Positions 39,019-48,752 of a stretch of DNA of 64,000 nucleotides are shown here, in pieces (positions within the stretch are counted from its first letter, which is position 1; each line of letters starts with the position of its first letter). This DNA comes from a virus. A program made the position numbers and the translations under genes. The stretch is taken from IMG/VR virus record IMGVR_UViG_3300020165_002937. The stretch is one strand, 5' to 3'. The notes beneath the pieces were generated by a model, which was not told the origin of the DNA, ran no database searches, and saw only the letters and a list, made by a program, of their open reading frames with translations.

Positions 39019-39026
39019 GCTATTTA
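39019..39026 (+). promoter_or_regulatory. putative late promoter motif (GCTATTTA)
   Basis: Lies between the terminator and ATG 39045. Confidence 0.6.
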
Positions 39027-39044
39027 TTGTTGGCGAGGTAAAAA

Positions 39045-40175
39045 ATGGCTTATAATGTTTTAAAAGGTGCAGTCGAAGGGTCTGTTGACCAATACGGCGA
39101 TCAAGAAATCGATGGAATTAAGATATTCAAGAACACCATCAGCGCTAGCGTGTTCTATGATACAGATGCCCAGAGCCCTTGTGCAACTTTGAAAGACGTT
39201 GCGATCAGAGATATAAAGGGTCGGAGTAAAGATGCTTTATTGATTTACGATGCTCCTACCGGCGCCCGAAGCAGCCACAATTTAACTTTTTCTGATAATT
39301 GTTTAGCTGCCAAAAATGTTCGTGCTGAATATTTTATGGGTTCGGGAGAAAAATTGACGAACCTACAGGCGTATCAACTAGCCGGCTTGATAAAAGCGGA
39401 GCAAATTGCCCTAGGCCCACCTTTCCGAGATATAAGAGGAAGTCTACAACTAATGACGACAAATGGTTTGAGAGTAGGTAACGAGGGTCTCGGAGTATCT
39501 TTAAGTTCCACCAGCGGATTGTCAGTTAATTCCAACAATGATCTAGTGATTGATCCAACCAGAACAAGTGACATCATAAGTGATGGCCAAAACTTAAGTG
39601 ATTCTGATTTGCTTTTGGTGTCTGACACTTCCCGTGGCCAAACATACAACACTACATTGTCGAACCTATACGAAAGCTATATAAAAAATAAAATACCACA
39701 TTCAGCTGGTTCCCCTAATGAAATTCAAGTTAAAGGCAGAAAAGGTTTTGAAGCTTCTTCAAATTTAACTTATGATGCCAATAAAAATCTTTTAAAAATA
39801 CAAGGCAAAACACAGTCGACCGAAGTAGAAGTTGAAAATTCACTAACATGCCGCGGCGCCATTATAAAAAATATAAAAACTATTGTATCAAGAGAATATC
39901 AAGTTGAAGCCAACGATTACACAATTTTGTGCGACTCAGTTAAGAGTCCGATTACAGTCAATCTCCCCCCTGCTTGCAACAATAAAGGCAGGGTTTTGGT
40001 GATTAAAAAAACACATACAGATAAATTTAAGTTAAACTCAAATGCGGTCACGATAAAAGTGGAAGAAGGCGATATAGATTTGCGTGATACAGTCGCCATG
40101 AAAATGAACTATTCGTCAAGAACACTGCAGTCAGATGGAGAAAACTGGTGGATTATCGGAACATTAGGTAGCTAG
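39045..40175 (+). CDS. fibre/decoration-like protein (4/5)
   Basis: Starts MAYN; shared C-terminal domain ITVNLPPA...GRVLVIKK...SDGENWWII. Confidence 0.6.
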   Translation: MAYNVLKGAVEGSVDQYGDQEIDGIKIFKNTISASVFYDTDAQSPCATLKDVAIRDIKGRSKDALLIYDAPTGARSSHNLTFSDNCLAAKNVRAEYFMGSGEKLTNLQAYQLAGLIKAEQIALGPPFRDIRGSLQLMTTNGLRVGNEGLGVSLSSTSGLSVNSNNDLVIDPTRTSDIISDGQNLSDSDLLLVSDTSRGQTYNTTLSNLYESYIKNKIPHSAGSPNEIQVKGRKGFEASSNLTYDANKNLLKIQGKTQSTEVEVENSLTCRGAIIKNIKTIVSREYQVEANDYTILCDSVKSPITVNLPPACNNKGRVLVIKKTHTDKFKLNSNAVTIKVEEGDIDLRDTVAMKMNYSSRTLQSDGENWWIIGTLGS

Positions 40176-40187
40176 CGGAAAGCTACA

Positions 40188-40195
40188 ACTATTTA
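40188..40195 (+). promoter_or_regulatory. putative late promoter motif (ACTATTTA)
   Basis: Exact intergenic motif upstream of 40227. Confidence 0.65.
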
Positions 40196-40226
40196 CATTA
40201 ACAAATATATCAAGGAGAAAGTATAA

Positions 40227-41900
40227 ATGGCGTATAATTCCCAGAAAGGAAATCAGCACAGCGGTGACATACAATATGAAGGTGATCCAAACGACACCCA
40301 GATTGATTTTGAGAATGATTTAGTCGCACTTAAGACGAATGGAGTGCAAAGGCTCATTGTCTCCGCTTCTGCGGTTACATCATCTGTTGTTTTCTCCGGT
40401 TCTTACGACGTTTACGGTCACACTTTTCGCGGCACGAGTGTTTCCGCATCGACAGGCATAACAGGCAGTTCGTTGCGAGTGGGTGCCTATGGATTAACTA
40501 ACGATGGCAAATTTGCTATTTCATCTTTGACACTCGGAGGTACCGCTATAACTTCAAACGCCGGCGAGCTAAACTTGGTTGATGGCACTTCAGCCGGCAC
40601 AGTTGTAAACAACAAAGCAGTTATCTACAGCGGAACCGGCCAGGTAAACGCTATTCATCTTTCTGCAGCGTCCGGTATAACGGGAAGCTCACTACGCATG
40701 GGTGCCTACGGTCTAACAAATGCCGGCCAGCTTGCAATCTCATCTTTCAATACCAATTGGACTAACGCTGGTAGGACCGTCGCCAACCTGGGTAGTGTAA
40801 CTACCGCAGATATTAATGGCGGTACATTGGACAACGTTGTAATTGGTGGCTCGACACAAAATCTAGCAAAGGTTACCACCTTAGACGCATCAAACAATGT
40901 ACAAATCGCCACAACATTGGGTGTTACTGGCTCTATATCTGGTAGCCATGGCTCTCTTACATCACTCTCTCTGGGTCCTGAGAACACAACGACGACAACA
41001 CTATATGTCAGAGCACCAACAAATGGCCTTGTTGCAATTTTTAAATCTCCGCTTCACGATTCAATCTTGGCGGTAACCGGTTCTGGTCGTGTGGCAGTTG
41101 GTGGAGCGTTAGTTGATGCCAAGCTCAACGTTACCGGCTCAGATACAGACAAGCTTCTGTCACTTAAAAGCAGCAGAGGTAACGTTTTTGCTGTAAGCGG
41201 AAGTGGAAAAGCATATCTTTCTGGCTCACTCACTCTCAACAGTATCGAACCTACAATACACTTTAGTTCAAGTGCTGGTGCCAATTTAGGACAAATTGGG
41301 ATCAACTCTTCGGACAACATACTTATTCAAAATAGTACGATAAACAAACATATCGTCTTTAAAGCGAGTGATGCCGGCACATTGCGCGAGGGCCTTCGGA
41401 TTGATGGGGCTGTACCCGAAGTGGTAGTTAACCAAGGGTCAGACTCTTTAGTCGATTTTAGAGTTGAAAGCAATAACAACACACACATGTTGTTTGTTGA
41501 TGGCGGTACTGAGAAAGTTGGAATAAATACAGCAACCCCAGCTAATACTTTCTCGGTTAACGGAACAACTCATCTGAGCGGATCCGTAAGATACCCAGTA
41601 GCTGTTAAAACGGCTAATTATTCGCTTACTGTTGATGATAGCATAATAATATTCAATCATGGCTCGGTTGTCACCGGGACCCTCCCAACAATTGTTGCTG
41701 GGATGGAAGGTTCTAAATTTACGGTGAAGAATATAGGTTCTGCAGTCGCGCGCATTATTGGTGATGATGATCCAGCCCAAAATATTGACGGGGTTTCTAC
41801 CGGCGTAGCTTTGGCACAAGGTGACTGTATACAAGTAGTGGCGTTTCCAATTGGTAGCGGTTACGACTGGGCTACGCTTCACTTATACGATGCTTCATAG
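40227..41900 (+). CDS. fibre-like protein (5/5)
   Basis: Starts MAYN; SAS.GITGSSLR.GAYGLTN repeats; VGINTATP fibre motif; shared C-terminal domain. Confidence 0.65.
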   Translation: MAYNSQKGNQHSGDIQYEGDPNDTQIDFENDLVALKTNGVQRLIVSASAVTSSVVFSGSYDVYGHTFRGTSVSASTGITGSSLRVGAYGLTNDGKFAISSLTLGGTAITSNAGELNLVDGTSAGTVVNNKAVIYSGTGQVNAIHLSAASGITGSSLRMGAYGLTNAGQLAISSFNTNWTNAGRTVANLGSVTTADINGGTLDNVVIGGSTQNLAKVTTLDASNNVQIATTLGVTGSISGSHGSLTSLSLGPENTTTTTLYVRAPTNGLVAIFKSPLHDSILAVTGSGRVAVGGALVDAKLNVTGSDTDKLLSLKSSRGNVFAVSGSGKAYLSGSLTLNSIEPTIHFSSSAGANLGQIGINSSDNILIQNSTINKHIVFKASDAGTLREGLRIDGAVPEVVVNQGSDSLVDFRVESNNNTHMLFVDGGTEKVGINTATPANTFSVNGTTHLSGSVRYPVAVKTANYSLTVDDSIIIFNHGSVVTGTLPTIVAGMEGSKFTVKNIGSAVARIIGDDDPAQNIDGVSTGVALAQGDCIQVVAFPIGSGYDWATLHLYDAS

Positions 41901-41950
41901 CTAACAAATGGTATAGTTACCAAAAAAGCGGGTTTTTCAAGCAAAATAGT

Positions 41951-41958
41951 ACTATTTA
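41951..41958 (+). promoter_or_regulatory. putative late promoter motif (ACTATTTA)
   Basis: Exact intergenic motif upstream of the scaffold/major capsid operon. Confidence 0.65.
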
Positions 41959-41990
41959 CTTTGAATTACTATTTTTGTAGGAGTAAATTA

Positions 41991-43157
41991 ATGTCAAATC
42001 TGTTAAAAGAAGCGATTATCGATGCAAAAGCATTGCGCGAAACAGCCCTTAGAACTGCCGAATCTTCCATTATTGAGAAATATTCAGATGATGTAAGGAA
42101 AACCCTAGACAAGATCTTAGAGCAGGAAGATTTTGGGGATCCACAGGGTCTTGATGCAATGTCCCAAGATATGGGAGCATCCCCGGTGGCCTCTGCTGCT
42201 TCCGATGACGTAACTGACGACGTTCCTTTCGCTGCCCTCGATGATTTGGCCGAGGAAGAAGGTGAGATCGTAGACTCAATTGCAGATGGAGAATCCGTTG
42301 AAATTAATTTAGACTTACCTGCTTTAGAAGAAGCAGTAAAAGCATTTGCTGCTGAGCTTGAGGAACAAGAGGTTGATTTAGACGAGCTTGACCTTGGCTC
42401 CCTAACAGAAGAAGATGAAGAAACTCTCGAAGAAGACGAAGATGAGCTTGAGGAAGGCTCTCTTACCGATACGACCGATAAAGTCTCGTACGCCGGCCAA
42501 ATTGGAGACGAGAAGGCTGGAGAAGCAGCTGATCGGATGGGTGACTTAGCCCAAATCTCTGCAATTGCCGCAGAGTCAGTCGACCCAGACCTCGATGAAA
42601 ACGCGCTCATCGATGCAATCTTAGAAAAGTTAACAGTTGATGTACGTGGTGAGCTTGGTGGTTGGGCCGGCCGCTCCGCTGAACAAACCATTTATGAAAC
42701 AGAAAGAGAATTAGCACATCGTCGAAGTACGCATGTGGAAGAAGAATTAGAAGATCTTAAAAAAGCTTATGAAGACTTAGTTTTCGAAAATAAACAAGTT
42801 ATCTCAGACGCTGATAAGTACAAGCAGGCGCTTTATGAAATGAAAGACAACCTTGAGGACGTCAACCTTTCAAATGCGCGCTTGTTATACACGAACCGTG
42901 TTTTACGAAATACCTCCCTAAATGAGCGACAAAAAAATAAAATTGTCGAAGCGATTTCTAGCGCTGGTTCAGTAGCAGAAGCGAGGACAATATTTAAAAC
43001 CCTTGAAAGCGCAGTGGAGTCTGTACCAAACAAGACACCTAAATCACTGAGCGAGGCAATTTCCCGTCCTACCTCTGTTATTCGCGCATCTCGTCAAGAG
43101 ACTGTGCAAACCGACTCATTCTCCCAGAGAATGAAAAAACTAGCAGGTATAAACTAA
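41991..43157 (+). CDS. prohead scaffolding/core protein (T4 gp22-like)
   Basis: Very acidic coiled-coil protein immediately before the major capsid gene; SD AGGAG before ATG 41991; ends RMKKLAGI. Confidence 0.75.
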   Translation: MSNLLKEAIIDAKALRETALRTAESSIIEKYSDDVRKTLDKILEQEDFGDPQGLDAMSQDMGASPVASAASDDVTDDVPFAALDDLAEEEGEIVDSIADGESVEINLDLPALEEAVKAFAAELEEQEVDLDELDLGSLTEEDEETLEEDEDELEEGSLTDTTDKVSYAGQIGDEKAGEAADRMGDLAQISAIAAESVDPDLDENALIDAILEKLTVDVRGELGGWAGRSAEQTIYETERELAHRRSTHVEEELEDLKKAYEDLVFENKQVISDADKYKQALYEMKDNLEDVNLSNARLLYTNRVLRNTSLNERQKNKIVEAISSAGSVAEARTIFKTLESAVESVPNKTPKSLSEAISRPTSVIRASRQETVQTDSFSQRMKKLAGIN

Positions 43158-43189
43158 AAATACATATAATTTAAAGGAGGTATTTTAAA

Positions 43190-45004
43190 ATGTCTAGTAT
43201 CATAGAACGATTAACCGAAGGTATGGTTAATCGAGACATGCGCGCCGAAGGTCACGCACTACTTAATAAGTGGGAAAAGACCGGACTTCTTGAAGGCTTA
43301 GATGATAGCCGTAAACGTTCGTCCATGGCTCGCTTGCTTGAAAACCAAGCAAAAGAACTACTCCGCGAAAGCTCCAGCATGGCTGGTGGCGACGTTGAGG
43401 GTTTTGCAGCAGTTGCATTCCCAATCGTCCGCCGTGTTTTTGCAGGTTTGATCGCAAACGATCTCGTTTCCGTTCAACCAATGAGTCTCCCAAGTGGGCT
43501 CATCTTCTTCCTTGACTTCACGGTCAGCCAAGAAGCTGGTGGTCACGCTATTACCACTGACCGTTTGGGCTACAAGATTAGTAGCTCGCTCTACGGTGGT
43601 AACCGCGTTGGTTCCAGGATTACTGGTGGTGTCGATCTCGATGCTCACGGTGTTGGCCTTGCTGGCGGCGCGTATAACCTTAATAACGGTTACTCGTCTC
43701 CAACTGGCTCAGCCCTTGGTAACGCGATCACACTTACTCCAGAAGCAGGTGCTTACGGTCGCTGGGGTTCGGCAGAAGCTTCGGCATCGGTGCTTCACAA
43801 GGCAATCGAATACGATCCAGACTTAGTGTCAGGCTCTACTCTTGTTGCTGAGGTTACAGTCCTTGTTACTGGACTCGATCAAGTTGATGGCAAGGGAGTT
43901 GGTCCCCAATCGTTCAACGTTTCGAGTTCCGGAGGTAATGGAGTACTGCTCGGCTCAGACGCTGCAGGCAACGCGGTCACCGCGCGCCTTCTTCGCCGTC
44001 ACACCACCCTTGTCAGTGCTTCGACCACACCACGTCTTAAGTTGGTGTTCGTAAGTACTGGTTCTGATGGTAGTGGAGCCCACCTTCCAAAGAACTTGTC
44101 GGACAAGATTGTCAAGACACTTACGTCGTCCCATACGACTGTGTCTTGGGCGCAAACTGATGATATCACTAACGCTGCTGCGCTTGGTGCTGTTGTTGGT
44201 CAAACCGAATGGGGACTTGAAGGCGAAGCTGACATCCCAGAGATCGACATCAAGGTCGATTCTATCGCGATCACCGCGCAAACCAAGAAGCTCAAGGCTA
44301 AGTGGACTCCGGAGTTAGGTCAAGACCTTAACGCCTACCACAACCTTGATGCAGAGGTTGAGCTTACATCGATCCTTTCGGAGCAAATTGCTCTTGAAAT
44401 TGATCGTGAAATCTTAGCTGACTTGGTCAATGGTGCTACCGCAGCAACTCAATACTGGTCCCGCTCCCCGGGTCTGTTCGTTAATCGCGACACCGGTGAT
44501 GAGATTGGCGCTAGCTCCAAGGCACCCGACTTCACGGGTACCGTCTCCGAGTGGTATGAAAACCTCATTGAAACTATCAATGATGTTTCTGCTGCTATTC
44601 ACCGCAAGACTCTTCGCGGTGGCGCTAACTTCGTTGTCTGCGGACCCGAAGTCGCTAATATCCTTGAGTTTACCTCTGGATTCCGCGCTAGTGTCACAGC
44701 TGATGCCGAAACTGGTGATATCGGAGCAGTCAAGGTGGGAGCATTGAACAAGAAGTTCGACGTTATCGTTGATCCATACTTCTTGCGCAACGTGTTGCTC
44801 GTTGGCCGTCGCGGCTCTTCTTTCCTCGAAAGCGGATACGTGTACGCACCATACGTGCCACTGCAGACCACACCTACAATCTTCGGACCAGAAGACTTCG
44901 TGCCTCGCAAGGGCGTGATGACTCGTTATGCGAAGAAGATGGTACGTCCCGATATGTACGGCATCGTTGTCGTACGCGGATTGACCGGCGAGTCTGGAGG
45001 ATGA
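43190..45004 (+). CDS. major capsid protein (T4 gp23-like)
   Basis: LLENQ, VQPMSLPSGLIF, KLKAKWTPELGQDL, EIDREIL, YAPYVPL and GVMTRY motifs. Confidence 0.96.
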   Translation: MSSIIERLTEGMVNRDMRAEGHALLNKWEKTGLLEGLDDSRKRSSMARLLENQAKELLRESSSMAGGDVEGFAAVAFPIVRRVFAGLIANDLVSVQPMSLPSGLIFFLDFTVSQEAGGHAITTDRLGYKISSSLYGGNRVGSRITGGVDLDAHGVGLAGGAYNLNNGYSSPTGSALGNAITLTPEAGAYGRWGSAEASASVLHKAIEYDPDLVSGSTLVAEVTVLVTGLDQVDGKGVGPQSFNVSSSGGNGVLLGSDAAGNAVTARLLRRHTTLVSASTTPRLKLVFVSTGSDGSGAHLPKNLSDKIVKTLTSSHTTVSWAQTDDITNAAALGAVVGQTEWGLEGEADIPEIDIKVDSIAITAQTKKLKAKWTPELGQDLNAYHNLDAEVELTSILSEQIALEIDREILADLVNGATAATQYWSRSPGLFVNRDTGDEIGASSKAPDFTGTVSEWYENLIETINDVSAAIHRKTLRGGANFVVCGPEVANILEFTSGFRASVTADAETGDIGAVKVGALNKKFDVIVDPYFLRNVLLVGRRGSSFLESGYVYAPYVPLQTTPTIFGPEDFVPRKGVMTRYAKKMVRPDMYGIVVVRGLTGESGG

Positions 45005-45042
45005 TCTAATAGATCAGACTTATAGTCGCTAATAAACAAACT

Positions 45043-45071
45043 CCCCTGTCACTTCGGTGGCGGGGGTTTTT
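45043..45071 (+). terminator. intrinsic terminator after major capsid gene
   Basis: CCCCTGTCAC-TTCG-GTGGCGGGGG followed by TTTTT. Confidence 0.88.
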
Positions 45072-45112
45072 GGTTTTTATATAGTGATAAAGTGTTTTTA
45101 GCAGGCATTGCC

Positions 45113-45120
45113 ACTACTTA
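45113..45120 (+). promoter_or_regulatory. putative late promoter motif (ACTACTTA)
   Basis: Variant motif between the terminator and gene 45174. Confidence 0.55.
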
Positions 45121-45173
45121 TAAACAGCAAACACGACGCGCTAATTAATTTTTTTATAAAGGAGAAACTTCGT

Positions 45174-45779
45174 ATGGCTACTACCCCTAATGCAGCAAGA
45201 CTTAAAAAACTTTTGGGAGGCACCGTTATCGAAGTACCGGGCGGTACTATCACCGAGCTTACCAGCACAACAGCGACGATCGCAACGGCAGCAGTCACAA
45301 CTTTAGGTGTTACAGGGGTCCAAACCCACACCAATGCGTCTGGCGCCTACATCAACGGCAAAAACGTAGTCTCCAAAGTAGTAGCTTTCTCAGTCGGCTC
45401 ACCAAACATTGATTCTGGAGCGATTTATGTTCCTGGCAATTCTTTAATTACCAAGCTGACTGTTGTTTGCAATACTGCATCAACCCAAGGCAGCGGTAAC
45501 GTTACAGTTCAAGCCGGTACCACAGCTTCAGGAAATGATTATGCAGCCGCGGTAACCTTCGAGACAGGAACCAGTGTTAATGGCGGAGTTGGAACCTCGA
45601 CAGATACAGCTTTGGCCACAGCGCTGAAGGCAGATAACCCACTGGTGCAACAGGCGACCGCCGCGGCATGGTGTTCCGGAGCCGCAGAGGTTCACATGCG
45701 TATTATCGCAGCGGGAGGAAACTTCACAGGAGGTTCCTTTACTTTCATCGTGGAGTTTGATTACGCAGGTGGCGATTAA
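45174..45779 (+). CDS. putative head decoration protein
   Basis: SD AAGGAG before ATG 45174; A/T/G-rich beta protein directly after the capsid gene, with its own promoter motif and terminator. Confidence 0.5.
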   Translation: MATTPNAARLKKLLGGTVIEVPGGTITELTSTTATIATAAVTTLGVTGVQTHTNASGAYINGKNVVSKVVAFSVGSPNIDSGAIYVPGNSLITKLTVVCNTASTQGSGNVTVQAGTTASGNDYAAAVTFETGTSVNGGVGTSTDTALATALKADNPLVQQATAAAWCSGAAEVHMRIIAAGGNFTGGSFTFIVEFDYAGGD

Positions 45780-45803
45780 ACCATAACCCTTATAAACAAA
45801 GAT

Positions 45804-45830
45804 CCCCGGCCAAAAGCCGGGGTTTTTTTT
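45804..45830 (+). terminator. intrinsic terminator
   Basis: CCCCGGC-CAAAA-GCCGGGG followed by T8. Confidence 0.9.
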
Positions 45831-45899
45831 GAAAAACCTGATCTCTACAATTTTTTCGCCGGTAAATTTTTGAGATTTTCATTTTTTGTCTTATGAAAA

Positions 45900-45907
45900 A
45901 CTATTTA
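45900..45907 (+). promoter_or_regulatory. putative late promoter motif (ACTATTTA)
   Basis: Exact motif between the terminator and the neck gene. Confidence 0.65.
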
Positions 45908-45936
45908 ACTTATAGACGCCGAAGGAACCATCTTTA

Positions 45937-47229
45937 ATGCCAACCGATTTAAATCCAAATTCACAAACAAGCGCCATAGTCCTAACTTCAACAGGTAGCG
46001 CTACTAAGGTATCTGCTGCCGTCCCGTTTGGCATGTATACTGGCTCAGCCGACTTCTTAACCGGCGCCGCACTACAGGTAAATTACGTATATAAAAAGTT
46101 AGGCGGAGATGTAATAGATATTGAGCTTACACCAGCAAATGTGTACTCAGCATATGAAGAAGCTGTGCTTGAATATTCGTATATAGTAAATCTTCACCAA
46201 AGCAAGAATGTTTTATCTGATTACCTGGGTAATGCTACAGGCACATTTGATCATCTGGGGAATATCAAATCTGGCTCCCTTTCCGCTAGTTTGGGCGGAA
46301 CCCATGTTGAGTTGAAGACACCAAAAATGCATTTTTCAATTGCAAAAAGAGTGGGAGACGGCATGGCATCCATCAGTGGAATGGGAGGTAGCCAGAGGCA
46401 GTACTCAGCTTCGTTTGCCCCAGTGGATGATGTACAAGACTATGATCTCCAAACAATTGTAAAAACAGCATCTGACAGCGGTAAGGATGACGCCGGCCGG
46501 AATATTGGTTTTTCTGGCAAGGTTGAGAACAAAAGAATTATCGTAACAAAAGTGTTTTATAAATCACCAAGAGCTATGTGGAGGTTCTACGGATATTACG
46601 GAGGAGTCGGAGTTGTAGGAAACGGTTCCACATACGGTCAATTTGCTGATGACTCGACATTTGAAGTAATACCTACGTGGCAAAATAAAATGCAAGCGAT
46701 TATGTATGAAGATTCGCTTTTCACTAGAACCTCTCACTATTCATACGAAATTATAGCAAACCGCTTAAGACTGTACCCGTCACCTAGTGACTATTCCTTT
46801 GGTCCTGACGACAGGATCTTTTTTAAATTTTACGTAGAAGAAAATGCGTGGGAAGAGGCCGATTCGTTCGAATCAGGCGTCAACGGCATCAATAACATGA
46901 ATACGCTGCCTTTCGGTAACATACCGTATAACAATATTAATTCGATTGGCAAACAATGGATTCGCAAATATGCATTGGCGCTTTGTAAAGAAATGCTAGG
47001 CCAAATCCGAGGTAAGTTTACCACAGTGCCAATCCCAGGAGAAAGTGTAACGTTAAACCACAGCGAATTGTTATCTCAAGCGAAAGAAGAACAGACTGAG
47101 CTTAAAGATAAATTAAGAGATATGCTTAAGGAAATGGAATACCCAGAACTCATGAAGAAGGACCAAGAAAAGGCAGACGCAGCAACCGCTACTCTAAAGA
47201 ACTCCCCACTGCCAATTTTTGTAGGATAA
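45937..47229 (+). CDS. neck protein (T4 gp13-like)
   Basis: KLGGDVIDIELT and WIRKYALALCKEMLGQIRGKF...PG..VTLN motifs; position after the capsid genes. Confidence 0.8.
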   Translation: MPTDLNPNSQTSAIVLTSTGSATKVSAAVPFGMYTGSADFLTGAALQVNYVYKKLGGDVIDIELTPANVYSAYEEAVLEYSYIVNLHQSKNVLSDYLGNATGTFDHLGNIKSGSLSASLGGTHVELKTPKMHFSIAKRVGDGMASISGMGGSQRQYSASFAPVDDVQDYDLQTIVKTASDSGKDDAGRNIGFSGKVENKRIIVTKVFYKSPRAMWRFYGYYGGVGVVGNGSTYGQFADDSTFEVIPTWQNKMQAIMYEDSLFTRTSHYSYEIIANRLRLYPSPSDYSFGPDDRIFFKFYVEENAWEEADSFESGVNGINNMNTLPFGNIPYNNINSIGKQWIRKYALALCKEMLGQIRGKFTTVPIPGESVTLNHSELLSQAKEEQTELKDKLRDMLKEMEYPELMKKDQEKADAATATLKNSPLPIFVG

Positions 47230-47237
47230 ATTAAACA

Positions 47238-47726
47238 ATGTCGAATGAATGGAAAAAACCTGGCGCACCACCACCACCTTTATTTCTTGGAAAAAAAGAA
47301 AGAGACTTTGTAAAACAAATTAACGATGAGTTAATAGAAAAAGTAATTGGACAACAGATATTATACTATTCTATTGACCTAGCCACTACTAACTTTCATG
47401 AGTTATACGGGGAAGCTGTTGAAAAAACGTTTTTGCCGCCTATAAGAGTATATGCCCTTGTCGAATATACCGACTTCTCTACCGATTACATGGAAGATGT
47501 AGGGATAGACAAGAGCTGGGAGGTTATGGTCCATTTTCACAAAAGAAGGTTGGAGGAAGATCAAGATCTGTATGTTAGAGAAGGTGATTTTGTTCTTTAT
47601 AATGATAGTTACTATGAAATAGTCAAGCTTACCGAGCCTAAATTACTTTTTGGGCAAGCCGGACAAGATTTTGAGATAGCTGCCAGATGCAGAAGAGCGA
47701 GAAGAGGACTTTTTAATGCTTCCTGA
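47238..47726 (+). CDS. neck/head-closure protein (T4 gp14-like)
   Basis: ELYGEA and REGDFVLY...YEI motifs; synteny after the gp13-like gene. Confidence 0.7.
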   Translation: MSNEWKKPGAPPPPLFLGKKERDFVKQINDELIEKVIGQQILYYSIDLATTNFHELYGEAVEKTFLPPIRVYALVEYTDFSTDYMEDVGIDKSWEVMVHFHKRRLEEDQDLYVREGDFVLYNDSYYEIVKLTEPKLLFGQAGQDFEIAARCRRARRGLFNAS

Positions 47727-48630
47727 TAATTTTGACTTTGCGTTACTGCCAGTTGACGCATCTAAAGCAACCTTAAAAGAAATTGGAATGCTTTCTTCAA
47801 CGATAGAGACTATCGACTATGCAATGGTGTCGTGGTTGAAAGAAGATTTAAAATTGTCGGCCGTAACTAATGAAGGCAACCGAAAAGTACCCGTTTTGTG
47901 GCAAACCCCCGAGCGCTCCTTCCAGATAAAAAACGCTAAAGAGTTGAGAGACGATGACGGCGCCTTAAAATTACCGGTCATTTCGATTCAAAGGACCGCA
48001 ATGACGAAAGACCCCAATAGAAAAGGTGGATTTCAAGCGCATTTATATTCTAAAGATCAGAATGGGCGCGCCGGCAGGATAGTGATTGCAAAAAGAATAG
48101 TTGAGGACAAAACTAGAAATTTTGCAGTAGCCGGCAATACCCGAGTTGATCCGGGCGCCGTAGCCCCGAAACCAAGTTTGGCTTCGGGCAAGAAAAAACA
48201 AATGTGGTTCCCGAGAAAGAATAACAAAATAGTAATACAGTCTTTATCAATCCCAATACCAGTTTATATAAATATAGACTACAAGATTGTGATGAAAACA
48301 GAATACCAACAGCAAATGAACGAACTGGTGGCACCCTTCATTGCGAGAACAGGACAAATAAACTCTTTTGTGTTAAAACGCGATGGCCACCTATACGAAG
48401 CGTTCATTGAACAAAATTTTGCACAAAGCAATAATGTGGCTAATCTAGGTGAGGATACACGCCTTTTCCAAACTGAAATAAATATAAAAGTCTTAGGGTA
48501 TTTGATCGGCGAAGGAAAAAATGATGACAGGCCCATTGTAAGGATAGATGAAAATGTTGTAGAAATCTCCTTTCCGCAAGAAATGGTGGCCCCTCCAGGC
48601 GACTGGAACTTCTTCGGCAATGTAAAATGA
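47716..48630 (+). CDS. tail terminator / sheath stabiliser (T4 gp15-like)
   Basis: LKLPVISIQRT and PVYINIDY...QQMNEL motifs; lies between neck and sheath. Confidence 0.65.
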   Translation: MLPDNFDFALLPVDASKATLKEIGMLSSTIETIDYAMVSWLKEDLKLSAVTNEGNRKVPVLWQTPERSFQIKNAKELRDDDGALKLPVISIQRTAMTKDPNRKGGFQAHLYSKDQNGRAGRIVIAKRIVEDKTRNFAVAGNTRVDPGAVAPKPSLASGKKKQMWFPRKNNKIVIQSLSIPIPVYINIDYKIVMKTEYQQQMNELVAPFIARTGQINSFVLKRDGHLYEAFIEQNFAQSNNVANLGEDTRLFQTEINIKVLGYLIGEGKNDDRPIVRIDENVVEISFPQEMVAPPGDWNFFGNVK

Positions 48631-48694
48631 TGCTTCCCGAGAGGAAAGCTATAACTTTTTATTAGTTCCTGAACAGCCTTTTGAGTTTAAAAAC

Positions 48695-48702
48695 ACTATT
48701 TA
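48695..48702 (+). promoter_or_regulatory. putative late promoter motif (ACTATTTA)
   Basis: Exact intergenic motif upstream of the sheath gene. Confidence 0.65.
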
Positions 48703-48752
48703 ATGTATGATTGCAGCATCACACATCTAATTTATTGAGGGGAAGTTAAAAC

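Noticed and set aside
41969-42691. 240-aa minus-strand Ser-rich ORF
   Set aside because: Antisense shadow of the Glu/Asp-rich scaffold gene; no SD or promoter support.
28260-45004. Inteins, introns or homing endonucleases in terminase, portal or capsid genes
   Set aside because: Reading frames are continuous, and I saw no intein splice motifs or LAGLIDADG/HNH/GIY-YIG motifs.
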